NCBI RefSeq assembly: GCF_006345805.1
Contig: NC_043011.1
Span: forward strand, 3,596,001-3,660,000
Reading direction: 5' to 3'
DNA: 64,000 nucleotides
From: Octopus sinensis
Lineage: Eukaryota
Made by a program: the position numbers and the translations under genes
Part shown: positions 63,191 to 64,000 of the stretch, piece by piece
Layout of the letters: every line of letters starts with the position of its first letter
How positions within the stretch are numbered: position 1 is the first letter of the stretch
The notes under the pieces: generated by a model
The model's database searches: none
The model's input: only the letters and a program-made list of their open reading frames with translations
Told to the model about the DNA's origin: nothing

Positions 63191-64000
63191 AAAGATCATT
63201 TTCCTTTAAAACAATTCAAAATTCAGTGTTCTAAACATTTAGGGCTTCAGTCTATCAGCAACCTAATTTTTGGAACATTTGAATGTAGCCTTTTCGTTTT
63301 TGGCTTTCTCACATCCAGCCTTATAACTGACAATTCTTATGTGGCCACAAGACCTTGTACGATTCGTTTATAATTGGCTGCTAGCATTTTACCATATCTC
63401 TAAGTCATATACTTACAATCTAAATTTATGTATCACAATATTCATTAAGGAGCATCAAATTTATGAAGAAATATATCTCTGCTTGAATTCAGTATCTAAA
63501 CTGCAACACAGCAGCCTGTGTGGTTGATGAAAAGATAAAAAGAAGAAAAAAGGAAAAGTGAAACTTGTCATTGGTGAACATTTTCTTAACAGTTCTTATG
63601 AAATCTATTACTACATTTTCTTTTTCCTTTTCATTCATTAAAGAATGAACTTTGGATATCATGAAGTTTCTTTGTTGAGTATCTGAAGTCATATCTGCAT
63701 GAGTAGGCTGAGAGGTTGTTCAGTGGTGTGCATCGAATCTAGACTTATGTACTGTCTAGCTGTAGATTGTCAGTCAGATTTGGAAAACAATTCCACTTGA
63801 TGATAATGGTTTCTGGTTGCTTATGTTATTCAGATTTTCCAGGTTGCTATTTTGGGAAAGAATTATTGCTGAAGAAATAAGTGTCTGTTGTTTTATACAG
63901 ATTATCGGCAACTTCTTTCATGGTTTCATTATTACGAAGTTTTTAGTCGAGCATTCCACTTAATGCTGTAACAAATAAATAAATTGATGTGAGAGATCTG

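Noticed and set aside
63560-63965. Minus-strand exon after the acceptor tttgttacag
   Set aside because: Multiple stops in the best frame and no recognisable homology; possibly UTR or a decayed TE.

Overview
AT-rich, microsatellite-dense eukaryotic DNA. The SINE/LINE repertoire and (TA)n/(TATG)n/(ATC)n content best fit a coleoid cephalopod, probably an Octopus species (inference). Almost all ORFs in the track are microsatellite or repeat artefacts. The window is mostly transposon debris: three tRNA-derived SINE families (several with clean TSDs), RTE, CR1-like, R4/Dong-like and HERO-like LINE fragments, Tc1 and maT/DD37D mariner relics, two non-autonomous Helitrons, piggyBac and hAT MITEs, a solo LTR and a Penelope-like (PLE) reverse transcriptase relic. 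Three small phase-compatible minus-strand exons may belong to a host gene (low confidence). The strongest signal is a set of about ten short, mostly unrelated elements sitting in (TA)n microsatellites. Many are asymmetric fold-backs, and most carry a minimal type I hammerhead ribozyme motif. Two have non-canonical cores with compensatory changes of the C3-G8 tertiary pair (U3-A8 and G3-C8). Separately, the 3' UTR of the HERO-like LINE holds the hammerhead core parts in a non-cyclic, pseudoknotted order. All calls were made by eye; no searches or folding programs were run.
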